Assembly (NCBI RefSeq): GCF_009914755.1
Contig: NC_060932.1
DNA from: the human T2T-CHM13v2.0 reference genome, Homo sapiens
Length of the DNA: 64,000 bases
Direction: 5' to 3' (one strand)
A program made the position numbers and the translations under genes. Every line of letters begins with the position of its first letter. Position 1 is the stretch's first letter. The notes beneath the pieces were generated by a model. It ran no database searches and was not told the origin of the DNA. It saw only the letters and a list, made by a program, of their open reading frames with translations. Of the stretch, positions 1 through 15,152 are shown piece after piece.

Positions 1-2837
<2,837 letters not shown>

Positions 2838-2885
2838 TTATTTTGCTCATTAGTTGATGCAGTTTCTTCCTAGTCCTGATGGTCT

Positions 2886-3899
2886 TTACATTTTGGCATG
2901 ATTTTGCAGCGGCTGGTACCAGTTGTTCCTTTCCATGTTTAGCGCTTCCTTCAGGAGCTCTTTTAGGGCAGGCCTTGTAGTGACAAAATCTCTCAGCATT
3001 TGCTTGTCTGTAAAGTATTTTATTTCTCCTTCACTTATGAAGCTTAGTTTGGCTGGATATGAAATTCTGGGTTGAAAATTCTTTTCTTTAAGAATGTTGA
3101 ATATTGGCCCCCACTCTCTTCTGGCTTGTAGGGTTTCTCCCGAGAGATCTGCTGTTAGTCTGATGGGCTTCCCTTTGAGGGTAACCCGACCTTTCTCTCT
3201 GGCTGCCCTTAACATTTTTTCCTTCATTTCAAGTTTGGTGAATCTGACAATTATGTGTCTTGGAGTTGCTCTTCTCGAGGAGTATCTTTGTTGTGTTCTC
3301 TGTATTTCCTGAATCTGAACGTTGGCCTGCCTTGCTAGATTGGGGAAGTTCTCCTGGATAATATCCTGCAGAGTGTTTTCCAACTTGGTTCCATTCTCCC
3401 CATCACTTTCAGGTACACCAAGCAGACGTAGATTTGGTCTTTTCACATAGTCCCATATTTCTTGGAGGGTTTGCTCATTTCTTTTTATTCTTTTTTCTCT
3501 AAACTTCCCTTCTTGCTTCATTTCATTCATTTCATCTTCCATCGCTGATACCCTTTCTTCCAGTTGATCGCATCAGCTCCTGAGGCTTCTGCATTCTTCC
3601 CGTAGTTCTCGAGCCTTGGTTTTCAGCTCCATCAGCTCCTTTAAGCACTTCTCTGTATTGGTTATTCTAGTTATACATTCTTCTAAATTTTTTTCAAAGT
3701 TTTCAACTTCTTTGCCTTTGGTTTGAATGTCCTCCCGTAGCTCAGAGTAATTTGATCGTCTGAAGCCTTCTCTCAGCTTGTCAAAGTTGTTCTCCGTCCA
3801 GCTTTGTTCCATTGCTGGTGAGGCACTGCGTTCCTTTGGAGGAGGAGAGGCGCTCTGCGTTTTAGAGTTTCCAGTTTTTCTGTTCTGTTTTTTCCCCAT
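2886..3899 (-). pseudogene. L1 ORF1p (RNA-binding chaperone), interrupted by one in-frame nonsense codon
   Basis: ORFs 3573-3899 and 2886-3542 are in the same frame. Codon 109 reads TGA (AGC TGA TGC GAT CAA) where the consensus has CGA/Arg, consistent with CpG deamination. Confidence 0.95.
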
Positions 3900-4805
3900 C
3901 TTTGTGGTTTTATCTACTTTTGGTCTTTGATGATGGTGATGTACAGATGGGTTTTTGGTGTGGATGTCCTTTCTGTTTGTTAGTTTTCCTTCTAACAGAC
4001 AGGACCCTCAGCTGCAGGTCTGTTGGAGTACCCTGCGGTGTGAGGTGTCAGTGTGCCCCTGCTGGGGGGTGCCTCCCAGTTAGGCTACTCGGGGGTCAGG
4101 GGTCAGGGACCCACTTGAGGAGGCAGTCCGCCCATTCTCAGATCTCCAGCCGCGTGCTGGGAGAACCACTGCTCTCTTCAAAGCTGTCAGACAGGGACAT
4201 TTAAGTCTGCAGAGGTTACTGCTGTCTTTTTGTTTGTCTGTGCCCTGCCCCCAGAGGTGGAGCCTACAGAGGCAGGCAGGCCTCCTGGAGCTGTGGTGGG
4301 CTCCACCCAGTTCGAGCTTCCCCGGCTGCTTTGTTTACCTAATCAAGCCTGGCCAATGGCGGGCGCCCCTCCCCCAGCCTCGCTGCCGCCTCGCAGTTTG
4401 ATCTCAGACTGCTGTGCTAGCAATCAGCGAGACTCCGTGGGCGTAGGACCCTCCGAGCCAGGTGCGGGATATTATCTCGTGGTGCGCCGTTTTTTAAGCC
4501 CGTCGGAAAAGCGCAGTATTAGGGTGGGAGTGACCCGATTTTCCAGATGCCGTCCGACACCCCTTTCTTTGACTAGGAAAGGGAACTCCCTGACCCCTTG
4601 CGCTTCCCGAGTGAGGCAATGCCTCACCCTGCTTCGGCTCGCGCACGGTGCGCGCACCCACTGACCGGCGCCCACTGTCTGGCACTCCCTAGTGAGATGA
4701 ACCCGGTACCTCAGATGGAAATGCAGAAATCACCCGTCTTCTGTGTCGCTCACGGTGGGAGCTGTAGACTGGAGCTGTTCCTATTCGGCCATCTTGGCTC
4801 CTCCC
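3900..4805. promoter_or_regulatory. L1 5' UTR bidirectional promoter (sense promoter on -, antisense promoter firing on +), with intact YY1 site
   Basis: CpG-rich. YY1 motif GGCCATCTTG at 4787-4796. Position and sequence are those of a standard L1PA 5' UTR. Confidence 0.8.
4356..4664 (+). CDS. L1 antisense ORF0, extended 102-aa form
   Basis: ATG 4356 gives MAGAPPPASLPPRSLISDCCASNQRDSVGVGPSEPG..., matching the known ORF0p N-terminus, and stays open to TGA 4664. Expression is not shown. Confidence 0.6.
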   Translation: MAGAPPPASLPPRSLISDCCASNQRDSVGVGPSEPGAGYYLVVRRFLSPSEKRSIRVGVTRFSRCRPTPLSLTRKGNSLTPCASRVRQCLTLLRLAHGARTH

Positions 4806-5139
4806 GTCTCCAAAAGTTAATTTTTACAATGTGTTTAGTGGAAGTAGCTATCTATGCCTGTAATATGTAAATGATGTGTGTAGTTTTAAGAGTATCCCTA
4901 AGAATTCTTCTCAGAAAAGTGACTTAAATTGATTTGTACTTAAAGTAAGAGTTATTTCTACTGGGCATTTAGTCAATGTTACTGATTAAAGTACTTGCTG
5001 TGTCAAAGAATTCTAGGAACTATGATATGGGTTATGCCTTGGTAAAGATTTTAGAAACTTTACCTCACCTCAGAGATTTATGAAGTAAAATTTATTGCTA
5101 ATAACTATATTATAGAAAAATATTAGCGGGAATATACTG

Positions 5140-5350
5140 CATTAGTAGATGCCAGGCTAAATGGTTTACCGTTTTTATGTAATTTAATTCTCCAAACTCT
5201 TTGTGATAGTATTGGAAAAAAATCCCAACTTTACAGATGAGGTGTTCAAGACCAGGGAAGTTAAGGGTTCATCCAAATATGACCACACAGCAAATAAGTC
5301 ATAGAGCCAGAATTTACACCTATGCATGTATTTGTCTCAGACTTTGAATT
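5140..5350 (-). mobile_element. MIR SINE fragment
   Basis: MIR core in reverse: TTTACAGATGAGG...AAGTTAAG...AGAGCCAGAATTT. Confidence 0.65.
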
Positions 5351-6997
5351 TTTGCTCTTGATGCTACGTTTTAGTGCTTATCATACACATAGTAACACCT
5401 GAGTATACAATAGTTCCAAAATGTATCACTCCTAAGGATTCATATTTGTTTTTACATTTTATGTTTTTCATATTATATAATTTTTATGTGTATAATTTAA
5501 TAACTCAAAAATTATAAGGAAAATGTAGGACATATAAAATCAATTTCATTTATGATGAATTATAATTAACTTACAAATATTCTAAGAAAATAGCATATAA
5601 GCTATCTAAAAGGAGCAATTTGAGTATTTTGAAATATTTTTATAGACCACTTTGGTCTATAAAAGATTTCTTGACTTTTAAATAACACTGGAATTAGACC
5701 ATCATTAAATTGTATACTCTCAAAAATTGCACTGAATGCATCTCTAAGAGATGTCCTAAAAGATACTATTGGTCATGCCAATAGTATTTTATTTTATATA
5801 TACTCACATTTCCAAGTAAGAACTTTATATTTTAATGGTGTATGCTATCCTTCCAAAATAACACATTGGCAATAAGTAAAAGAAAAATATAAATAATAGT
5901 TGATGTAAGAGCTGTCAGATATACTGAGTGCAACAAACATGTTTGGGTCCAGAAATCATAAATGGAAAAAGTGATCTATATGAACCTATTTTTAGGTCCC
6001 TGGTATTTCAGCAAATGCTTCTGTCATCTGCTATTTTGGGTAGTGAATCCTTATCCATGAGTTTTCTACAGCTTTATAATAAGACTTGGCCATTGAATTC
6101 GTGTAGCTAAAAGCCCACCTATAAAATCAGTATTTATTTAAGAATCACAAGCTATGATCTGCTTAAGTAGTTGGAGAAAGGGTGAAAATAAACATCTGAT
6201 TTAGGCACCCTTGTAATATTAGTGTGAAAGCATGACCTCAGTCATGCAACCACCCAGGAGAATGAGCTTAAGTGGGTAGGAGGTTGTGCTGTTGAACGAT
6301 CAGACAAATAAAGAATCCATGCTCAGGGCTGTTTACTGTATAAAGGCAGCTTTCTCGGGTGCTTGTTTATTGGGAGGGATAGGATAATAGGAAATGGACA
6401 CAGCAATTTATAAGATTTTGCTGTTATTTTTTAAGTTTTTAAATAATTTAATTTCTTTAAAATTAAATTAATTTCATGCATGGGGAGAATGCATGAAAGA
6501 TTATGTGTGTATATATGTATTTTCAAAAATTCCTATCCAAGCTTTATGTGGACTATTTCAATACTACTGGGAAATCTTTCACTTTTGTTGGGAAAAAAAA
6601 GTACCAAATAAATCATCCCCAAACACTGTTAAAATTTCAAGCAGTGTTTGTGTAACATTTATACAGGACTTCCATGCTACTGACAAAAACAATGGAGAAA
6701 ATTTAATGGATTCAGGCAAATGTTTATTTATTTTCTTTGCTTGGTCAGTGAAGATTTAATTTTATGCATTATGTAATATATTTTTATTAAGATGATAGCC
6801 CTAATGAAAGGCAACTTCCATTTTCTTACTTCCTCCCTTTATTATTTAGTATTTTATTATTATTATTGCAAGTCAATTTTCTGAACATATCTAGGTAGAT
6901 AGGTTTAACTGAGATTAAATTCACATATTTGGTTCCTAGAAATCATTGCTTTTTTGATGGCACTATTCAGGTTCTCAGTGCAGCAAGGAATTTAGAC

Positions 6998-7150
6998 CAG
7001 TGCTTCTCAAATTTCAATATGCGTATAGATTACCTGAGGAACTAGTTAAATTGCAGATTTTGATTCAGTAGGTCTGGAGTGTGTCTGACATTCTGCATAT
7101 CTAATAAGCTCCCATGTGATGCAGTCTGTGAACCACAGTTCAAGTAGTTA
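6998..7150. mobile_element. MER5-family (hAT-Charlie) DNA transposon
   Basis: CAGTGCTTCTCAAA terminus, GCAGATTTTGATTCAGTAGGTCTGG core and TCTGCATATCTAATAAGCTCCC. Confidence 0.75.
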
Positions 7151-7549
7151 GGATTTAGACCTTAGTGAACATGACAAAATTCATTTTTGAATCCAGTCTG
7201 AATGTTTGTACAGTTTTTGCTTATTGTAATGAGAGGTGCCAGATTTAAACCTAAACTGTATCTAACTTTATAAAATGTGTAATGCAAATGTATTACGACT
7301 TGGATTCCTATATGTAAGAGATGTAGAAATACGACAATGTAAGAAACTTATTGTTCTTATATTGATGAAAACCAAACTTATTTGCAATGCCAGTCATTTA
7401 CAACACAATTCATTAGATACACTGCAGAATCTTAATTTAACAGAATCTAGATAATAAGCCATACACTTTATCTAATGAAATGGAAATCAATGTAATGTAA
7501 AATAGTTTTGAAAACAATCTGAGGAACTGTATTTTTTTTTTCAATTTAG

Positions 7550-7729
7550 GAAATAACATCAAGATTTGTAATGAATCAGCTAGCAGAAAATAACCCTTTC
7601 CTAATGGATGACATAGAACGGTACCCACAAGTCAGGAGCATGATCTCTCAGGGAAAAACATGTGCAATATGTGGACAGTACTTTATAACCGTATGGCTGG
7701 AATGTGTTCGATTTGTTCCTCCACCAAAG
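7550..7729 (+). CDS. LRRC69: LRRC69 penultimate coding exon (180 nt, phase 0-0): EITSRFVMNQLAENNPFLMDDIERYPQVRSMISQGKTCAICGQYFITVWLECVRFVPPPK
   Basis: Poly-T tract plus TTTAG| acceptor at 7549 and AAG|GTAAAT donor at 7729/7730. The exon is 60 codons with no stop and splices in frame to the exon at 25827. Gene identity comes from recall of the protein and its position between MIR4661 and SLC26A7. Confidence 0.88.
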
Positions 7730-8230
7730 GTAAATGATGCTTTTTATGCGAATATGAGCATAATACTGATTCCTATCCTTTGTTCTTATCTAAATCAGTT
7801 AATACTAACTAGATTTGTACCTATGATTGGCTTATAGGATAGTATACTGTAAATTTTGGATAGACAAATTTGGATAAGTGTCGGTAATAATCATCATCAC
7901 CCATTCTATTTACATTCATAGACTCCCAAATTTATCAAAATACATGGATTCTAGCAAAATTTCATGAAAGTTGAAAGTTTTTAATCAGTAAATCCCTTTT
8001 GTTCATGAATATTAATAATAAAACCAGAACTAAATTCTTCTCAGAAGAAGAATTGGTCAGTAGTCTGTCATGGAATTCTTGGTGTAGAAAAGGTGAATGT
8101 GCTGGCTAGTTTATATCATGATGGTGTTCTAGAACACTAAATACGCATGAATGTGCACCTGCAACATTATGTTACCCAGGAGTTGTGAATCCCAGGGCAG
8201 TTCACATAGCCCATAAGGCGTGTTCTAGAC

Positions 8231-8560
8231 CAGAGCTCAGCAAACTCCTTTTTCTCTAAGCGGCCAGATAGTAAATATTTTAGGCCTTATAGACAGTGTG
8301 ATCTGTGTGACTACTACTTGACTCTCCTTTGTAGCATGAATGCAGCTCTAGATAATATGTACATGAGTGTAGCTGTGTTCTAATAAAACTTTACTTGTGA
8401 ATTTAAATTTCATATAATGTTAACATATCATGAAATATTATTTTATTTTGATTTTTTTTTCAACCATTTAAAAATGTGAAAACCTTTCTTAGCTTACAAG
8501 TCTTATGAAAACAGGAGGTGGGTCAAATTTGGCCTGGGGACCATAGTTTTCCCACACTTG
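8231..8560. mobile_element. MER58-family (hAT-Charlie) DNA transposon with perfect 8-bp TSD
   Basis: CAG...AGCAAAC terminus and GGCCAGATAGTAAATATTTTAGGC core. TTCTAGAC is duplicated at 8223-8230 and 8561-8568. Confidence 0.85.
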
Positions 8561-8789
8561 TTCTAGACTGTCTAATGTTTGCTTTTAATACCAGAATTCC
8601 TTTCTGCTCTTGGTGAGCCCTTGGCCTTCCTTGGGCTAGCATAGTATAATATTGGGGGATAATTTTAAATAAATTAATAAAAACAGCTGCAGTTTCTGCC
8701 ATTCTGAAAATTGTCATCTAGTGAAGGAGACAAACAAATAAGTAAACACAAATGTAACATAAATTGTGACTAACATGACATAAAAGAAT

Positions 8790-9370
<581 letters not shown>

Positions 9371-10327
9371 ATGGGTTTCACAAGGAAGAGTATCAGGGAA
9401 GCCCTTCTTTAAATCTGGGATAAGGGAAGTCTTCACAGAGGAAATGATATTTTAAATGACACCTCAAAGGTAAAGAAGGTCAGGTAGAATTGTGGAAGAG
9501 TGTTTCCAGGAAACTGTTCCAGTAGGAACAGTGTGTATTAATGGGAAATCACTTTTTGATTCGAGGAACTGAAAAATGGTTCAGTGTGATTAGAAAGTAT
9601 TAATTGACTAGGAGAGTTGAGATAGGCAGGAGTGAGATCACAAAATACCACGTAGTTTACATTAGGAATTTGGCTTCTATTTAATATGTGATGAGACACA
9701 TTTGAGGAATTTTAAGTAAAAGAGTGGTATATCCTAATTTACATTTTAACAATATAACATCTGCATAGAGAATGAATTAGAGGGCAAGGAAGTGAGATTA
9801 GGCAGTAGGCTATTTGCACTAGACCAGCTGAGAGATGATGATCGCAGTGGCAATGGAGGGAAATTATGGATTGAAGATGCATCTTGGAGAAAGAAGTGAT
9901 AAGACTTAGATTTCCAGGTTTTTTTGGCCTACAGAACTGTGTAAAGCAGATTTTTTTTTTATTACTAAAATAGGGAAGACTAAGGGAGAAGTAGGCTTGT
10001 TGGGGAGAGATAGAAGTTCTGTTTTTGCACATGGTTAAGTATGAGACTCCTGCAAAATCTGGGAGCCTGAGCAACCTGGAAGCTATAGACTCCTATCTAG
10101 TCTGTTAGGCATGCTGGGAAGTCTAGGACTCATTGTTAGCTGTGAGTGTGTGTGTGGGTGGGTGGGAAGATTTTGGTAGGGAACTAGATATGTGACCTCT
10201 AACATCATCTCTATCTCTAAAGAGTTTGATTCTAAATCCTGTTGTTCAAGTGATTTAGGGTATCATTATGCTCCAGTAGTCTTTGTGCCAATAAAGGATC
10301 TGAGTTGTGAATATGCTTATACCTATC

Positions 10328-10635
10328 TTTTTTTTTTTTTCTTTCCGAGACAAAGTCTGGCTCTGTCACCCAGCCTAAAGTGCAGTGGTGGTGATCTTGG
10401 TTCACTGCAACCTCCATCTCCTGTGTTCAAGCAATTCTCCTGCCTCGGCCTCTCAAGTAGCTGGGATTACAGGTGGCCACCACCACACCTGGCTTTTTTT
10501 TGTGTGTGTATTTTTAGTAGAGATGGGGTTTTACCATGTTGGCCAGGCTTGTCTCGAACTCCTGATCTCAGGTGATCTGCCTGCCTTGGCCTCCCAAAGT
10601 GCTGGGATTACAAGCGTAAGCCACTGCGCCCAGCC
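10328..10635 (-). mobile_element. AluS-type SINE, antisense
   Basis: Poly-T followed by reverse Alu body ending GCCACTGCGCCCAGCC. Confidence 0.95.
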
Positions 10636-10775
10636 TCAGTGTATCTTATCACTAGCCACTCACCAAATTTACCAAAGAATCTTTTAAAAAATACAGATTA
10701 TCCTACCCTAGAACTACTAAATCAGAGTCTGTAGCAGTAGGATCCTGAGCATCCACATTTTTATGAAGATTTCTA

Positions 10776-11171
<396 letters not shown>

Positions 11172-12352
11172 TTACACACCTTACTAAGCAAGGCCTATGT
11201 GGTTTCTCACACATAACAAAAAGTTGAATATAAAAAAAGTTGAATGAATATTCATTGGTTGAATATATGAATTAATGAATTGTTAGTGACAAAGGTGTAG
11301 TACAGCTAATAGTGAAAAAAGAAAAGGAGGTGTTGGTGAAGGAGTAAATCCACTGTGGAGCACTGGAAGATGACAAACACCTTAATATGGCCTCTATGCT
11401 GGGGAGAATTCTTACTATGGCTGCCTTCAGGCACACTGTAGAGTTTGCTCTGTCAGTCTGCTTCTTGGACCCTATGCTGAAAGTCTTTCACTTTACTCCA
11501 CTGTAAGCAGAACAAAGGCTCCTGCATACAAGTATGCTATGTTCCCAAGGATCTCCAGAGCCTGGATTAGGCCTTTCGCCTTTCACAGCCCATGGCCTCC
11601 CCAGGGACAATCGATGAGTGCATGTGAATGCTGATAATGTATTCTTACTAGCATTATTAGTTGTTTCATAAGCTTACATTTCTAACTCCTGGATGAGATC
11701 ATCACTACTTAGGTTCAGAGATACATTATCTTTCTCAAAACTGTAATTGTGAAACTTTCTTTCATGAACTTCACTATATGTGTTGTTCATCATGAGGTTC
11801 AACAAGGACAACTTTTTTTCCACCAACTTTTTAGTTTGAGAAATTGGAAAACAACACATAACTTGAATGAATAATACAATGAACATTTGTATACCCTTTA
11901 CCTAGAGTTGCCGATTTTTAATATTTTTTTCCATTGGCCTTATCTGTTACTGTTTTTTGCCTTTCAGGATGCATCTTGTCCAAAACAAATTTGATATTGA
12001 CACAAGCCAAGAATGTAGCCTACCTAGAAAGATTGTATTATTACTTTTCAGGGCAAAAATAGAAGAATAGATTCGAATTATAAAAAATATGAATGAATGA
12101 ATGAATGGATAAATAAAGCTATCCTTCATACCAAGTAGAGAGATTTTATCAAGAGTTACAGTGGATAACACAATATATGAGCCAGAAAATATGTAGGTTA
12201 TTTTAGCTATACTAACCCACGCTTAGGACATGGAGGCTCACGTTACTGGCCTGTTTACTTTCCAAGAAGCAGAGTACAGATTTTACAACAGCTGCTTTAC
12301 GTAGTTCATTTATAATCCTGTAGAATGAAATCCAGGAACAGTCATCAGAGTT

Positions 12353-12425
12353 CACATCACCTGATGTCAGGTATTTACACATCACCTGATGCCAGGTATT
12401 CACGTCACCTGATATCAGGTATTTA
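12353..12425. repeat. Three-copy 23-25 bp tandem repeat, each unit containing an ACCTGA-NN-(T/C)CAGGT palindrome
   Basis: CACATCACCTGATGTCAGGTATTTA / CACATCACCTGATGCCAGGTATT / CACGTCACCTGATATCAGGTATTTA. Confidence 0.95.
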
Positions 12426-12496
12426 CTCTGAACTAGCTCTGTGGATCCTGACAGACAGCCTGATAGACAGGATCCACAGAGCTAGTCCAGAGTAAA
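12422..12496 (+). ncRNA. MIR4661: pre-miRNA hairpin MIR4661 (5p arm ~12431-12452, 3p arm ~12468-12489)
   Basis: Near-perfect stem TTTACTCTG-AACTAGCTCTGTGGATCCTG / CAGGATCCACAGAGCTAGTC-CAGAGTAAA. It matches the hsa-mir-4661 sequence as I recall it, and that miRNA is known to lie in an LRRC69 intron. Confidence 0.88.
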
Positions 12497-14099
12497 AGAC
12501 CTAAATCAGCTGTGGTTGTGGTGTAGAGCTACTACAATTTTTCTCACAATGTCCTTTACCAGAGTTTTTGACACTGCCAAGTATTGTAAAATGTTGCATG
12601 TGAATTGGGAGACTAAAAGGAAGGCTAGAAGTGTTTTCCTCTTGATCCAGTCATGTACAAATTATGTCTTACTAGACATAACCATGTGTGCTTAAGACAA
12701 AAAAATAAAAGTGGAAGAATCTAATCAGAGAAATCATTCTCATCTCAGTTACATGTATATTGGGCTTTAGTGTAGTGGTTGCCTATAAAAGTTCTCTATG
12801 AATAAGAAACAGTGATTTAAGTTGTTCAGTTTTTCAATACCTTGATGCTCTTGCTATGGAAATGTCTTTGTCAAAGTTGAGTTGGTGTTTATATCAGAAA
12901 GCTTTGAAGTCTTCATGGCATTTAGCAAAATTTGTAGTAATCGATTTACTTGGTGTTGGTGTCTGTCTCTACCACTGAATACTAAGCTCAAGGAATTTAA
13001 GAACCATTTTGGTTTTGTTCACCTTTATAGAGAGAGAGCTTCGGACAATACCTGATAAAATTTTATTTCTACAGAATGATAAATCAGATCTGGATTTGAA
13101 TACCAGCTCCTCCTTTAATTAGTTTGTCAACATATTACATCTCTATGTATCATAAGAAAAATCTGGCAAAGGTGCTGCCAAGGAAGGCTAATGTTAAAAT
13201 TTTTAAAAGCCCAGAATCTAGAACTAAACAGATAGCCAAAGAGAACATTAAAATAGTGGTTGAGCAGGAATTTGAAAGTTAAAACCAGCTGGACCTTAAA
13301 TACAAAGAGAAAAGACAGCTCATCGGTGGGAAAATGAGGATAGAAATGTATGTTGGTCCTCAAGATGGGAGTAAATATGTAATCTTGATCACATATGTAG
13401 CTATCTGTGAATTGTTCACATTATCATCTGGAATGGATTGTTATATTCAAGAGACATTTAATGAGTACAGCGTGTCAGATTACTCGGAAACAGTTTTCAA
13501 AACATCCTGCTTTCCACTGGTGATGTTCTGAACACCTTAGACAAGTTGCCATGTTTAATTGTGCTCTGACAGATTCCCTCTCAAAACCATCTGATGTGCT
13601 GCTACTCTTATTTCATGTCTCTCTTTCAGAAACTACAACCTAATACAAGCAACAACAGCCAGAATTTATTTGGTACTGAGTGTGCATCTGGTGCTCTGCT
13701 AAATATGTCACCTGGAATACCTCAATTAATGTCCAAAATAACCCCATGACACCAGTAAGAAATCCAAGGCAAGGAGAAACCAAGTAATTTTGCCAATTTC
13801 AGAAAGCTGCCAAGTAGAGGATATGGGCAGGGAACTCATACATGTTATTCCTGATCCTTAACCAGAGAGTCTGGGCTATGTTTCCTATGCTTTTCCAACC
13901 TAGTTATTCCCCATTTACTTCAGCTGAACTTAAGACATTTATGTTAAAGATCCTTCTTCTGTCCTCATTTATTTATCCACTGAAACTTATTTATTTTTTT
14001 CTAACTGTGTGTCAGATTATTTGCCAGGGCTGGGAATACAGAACCCTGATCCTTGAGAAACTCACATGTTCCCAGGAGAAGTGGGATAATAAGGATTGG

Positions 14100-14320
14100 A
14101 ATCTGACAAGTTAGGTTTGATGTCCAGCCCTACCACTTGCCACCTGTGTCCTGTTACTTCCCTCTTCAAGGCTAAGCTTCCTCATCCTGTCAAATGGCAA
14201 TAATAATAATACCCATCACACAGAACTGTGGCTAGGGATCATGAGGTAATGCATAAACAGTGCTTAGTACAGTGGGTGTTCAACAAAGGTAGCATATAGT
14301 AGGTGCTTAATAAGTATTTT
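14100..14320 (+). mobile_element. MIR SINE
   Basis: CCAGCCCTACCACTTGCC...CTTCCTCATCCTGTCAAATGGCAATAATAATAATACC...AGTGCTTAGTACAGTG. Confidence 0.75.
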
Positions 14321-14768
14321 TTTTTATGTGTGTGTTTTGTAAACCAAGGCTTTCAGACAAGAAAGAGAGAATGATTGCATTCTTGTGATAAGCAGATGTG
14401 AAGCTGCACAGGATGCTGTGAGAAGAAGGCATCTCCAGTAAATGGGATAGTCCCTGGTTTAACCCTGGTGCCTACCACAGTGATTGTGTTTGGCGAATCC
14501 ATAATAAATGTTAAGTTACTTTAAGAGGCATTTCTTAGAAATGTGCTTTGAAGGCTAGGGAGGCATTTAGAATAGATAAAGAACTAGTGGATAAGCATTT
14601 CAGGCTAGGCAGTTGCCTGTGCAGAGTTAATATTGTGCAAATATAAATTGCACAATGTGTACAGTGAAGTCACGGAAGGTGAGGTATGAGAGATGAAGTT
14701 GGAGAAAACAGCAGTGTGGGTTACAGTGACTCTTTTATGTGAAGTTTGAGCTTAATTTCAAAAGCTAG

Positions 14769-15152
14769 TGTATAAGTTGCTAGGGCTGTATAACAAAGTA
14801 TCACAGACTGGGTGGCTTACACAACAGGAATTGATTTATTAACAATTCTGGAGGCTAGAAGTCTGAGAGCAAGGTGCCAGGAGGGGTTGGCTTCTCCTGC
14901 AGCCTCTCTTTTCGGCCTCTACATGGCTGGCTCTTTCCTGTGTCTTCACATGGTCTTCCTTTGGTACATGTCTGTGTCCAAATTTCCTCTTCTCATAAGG
15001 ATGTCAGTCATATTGGATTAGAGCTCACTTTATTTGACTTCATTTTAACCTAAGTAACACTTTAAAGACCCTATCTCCAAATACAGTGACATTCGGAGAT
15101 ACTGGGGTTTAAGACATATGGATTTTTGGGTGACACAGTTTAGCCCGTAACA
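14769..15152 (-). mobile_element. MLT1B/C-like solo LTR embedded in L2 remnants
   Basis: TG...CA termini, 5-bp TSD GCTAG/GCTAC and typical ACAATTCTGGAGGCTAGAAGTC core. Confidence 0.85.

Noticed and set aside
4230-4355. 144-aa ORF starting at 4230
   Set aside because: It starts at TTG; only the part from ATG 4356 corresponds to ORF0.
12353-12425. CRISPR-like array of palindromic repeats
   Set aside because: The units are directly adjacent with no spacers, there are only three copies, the context is eukaryotic and there are no cas genes.
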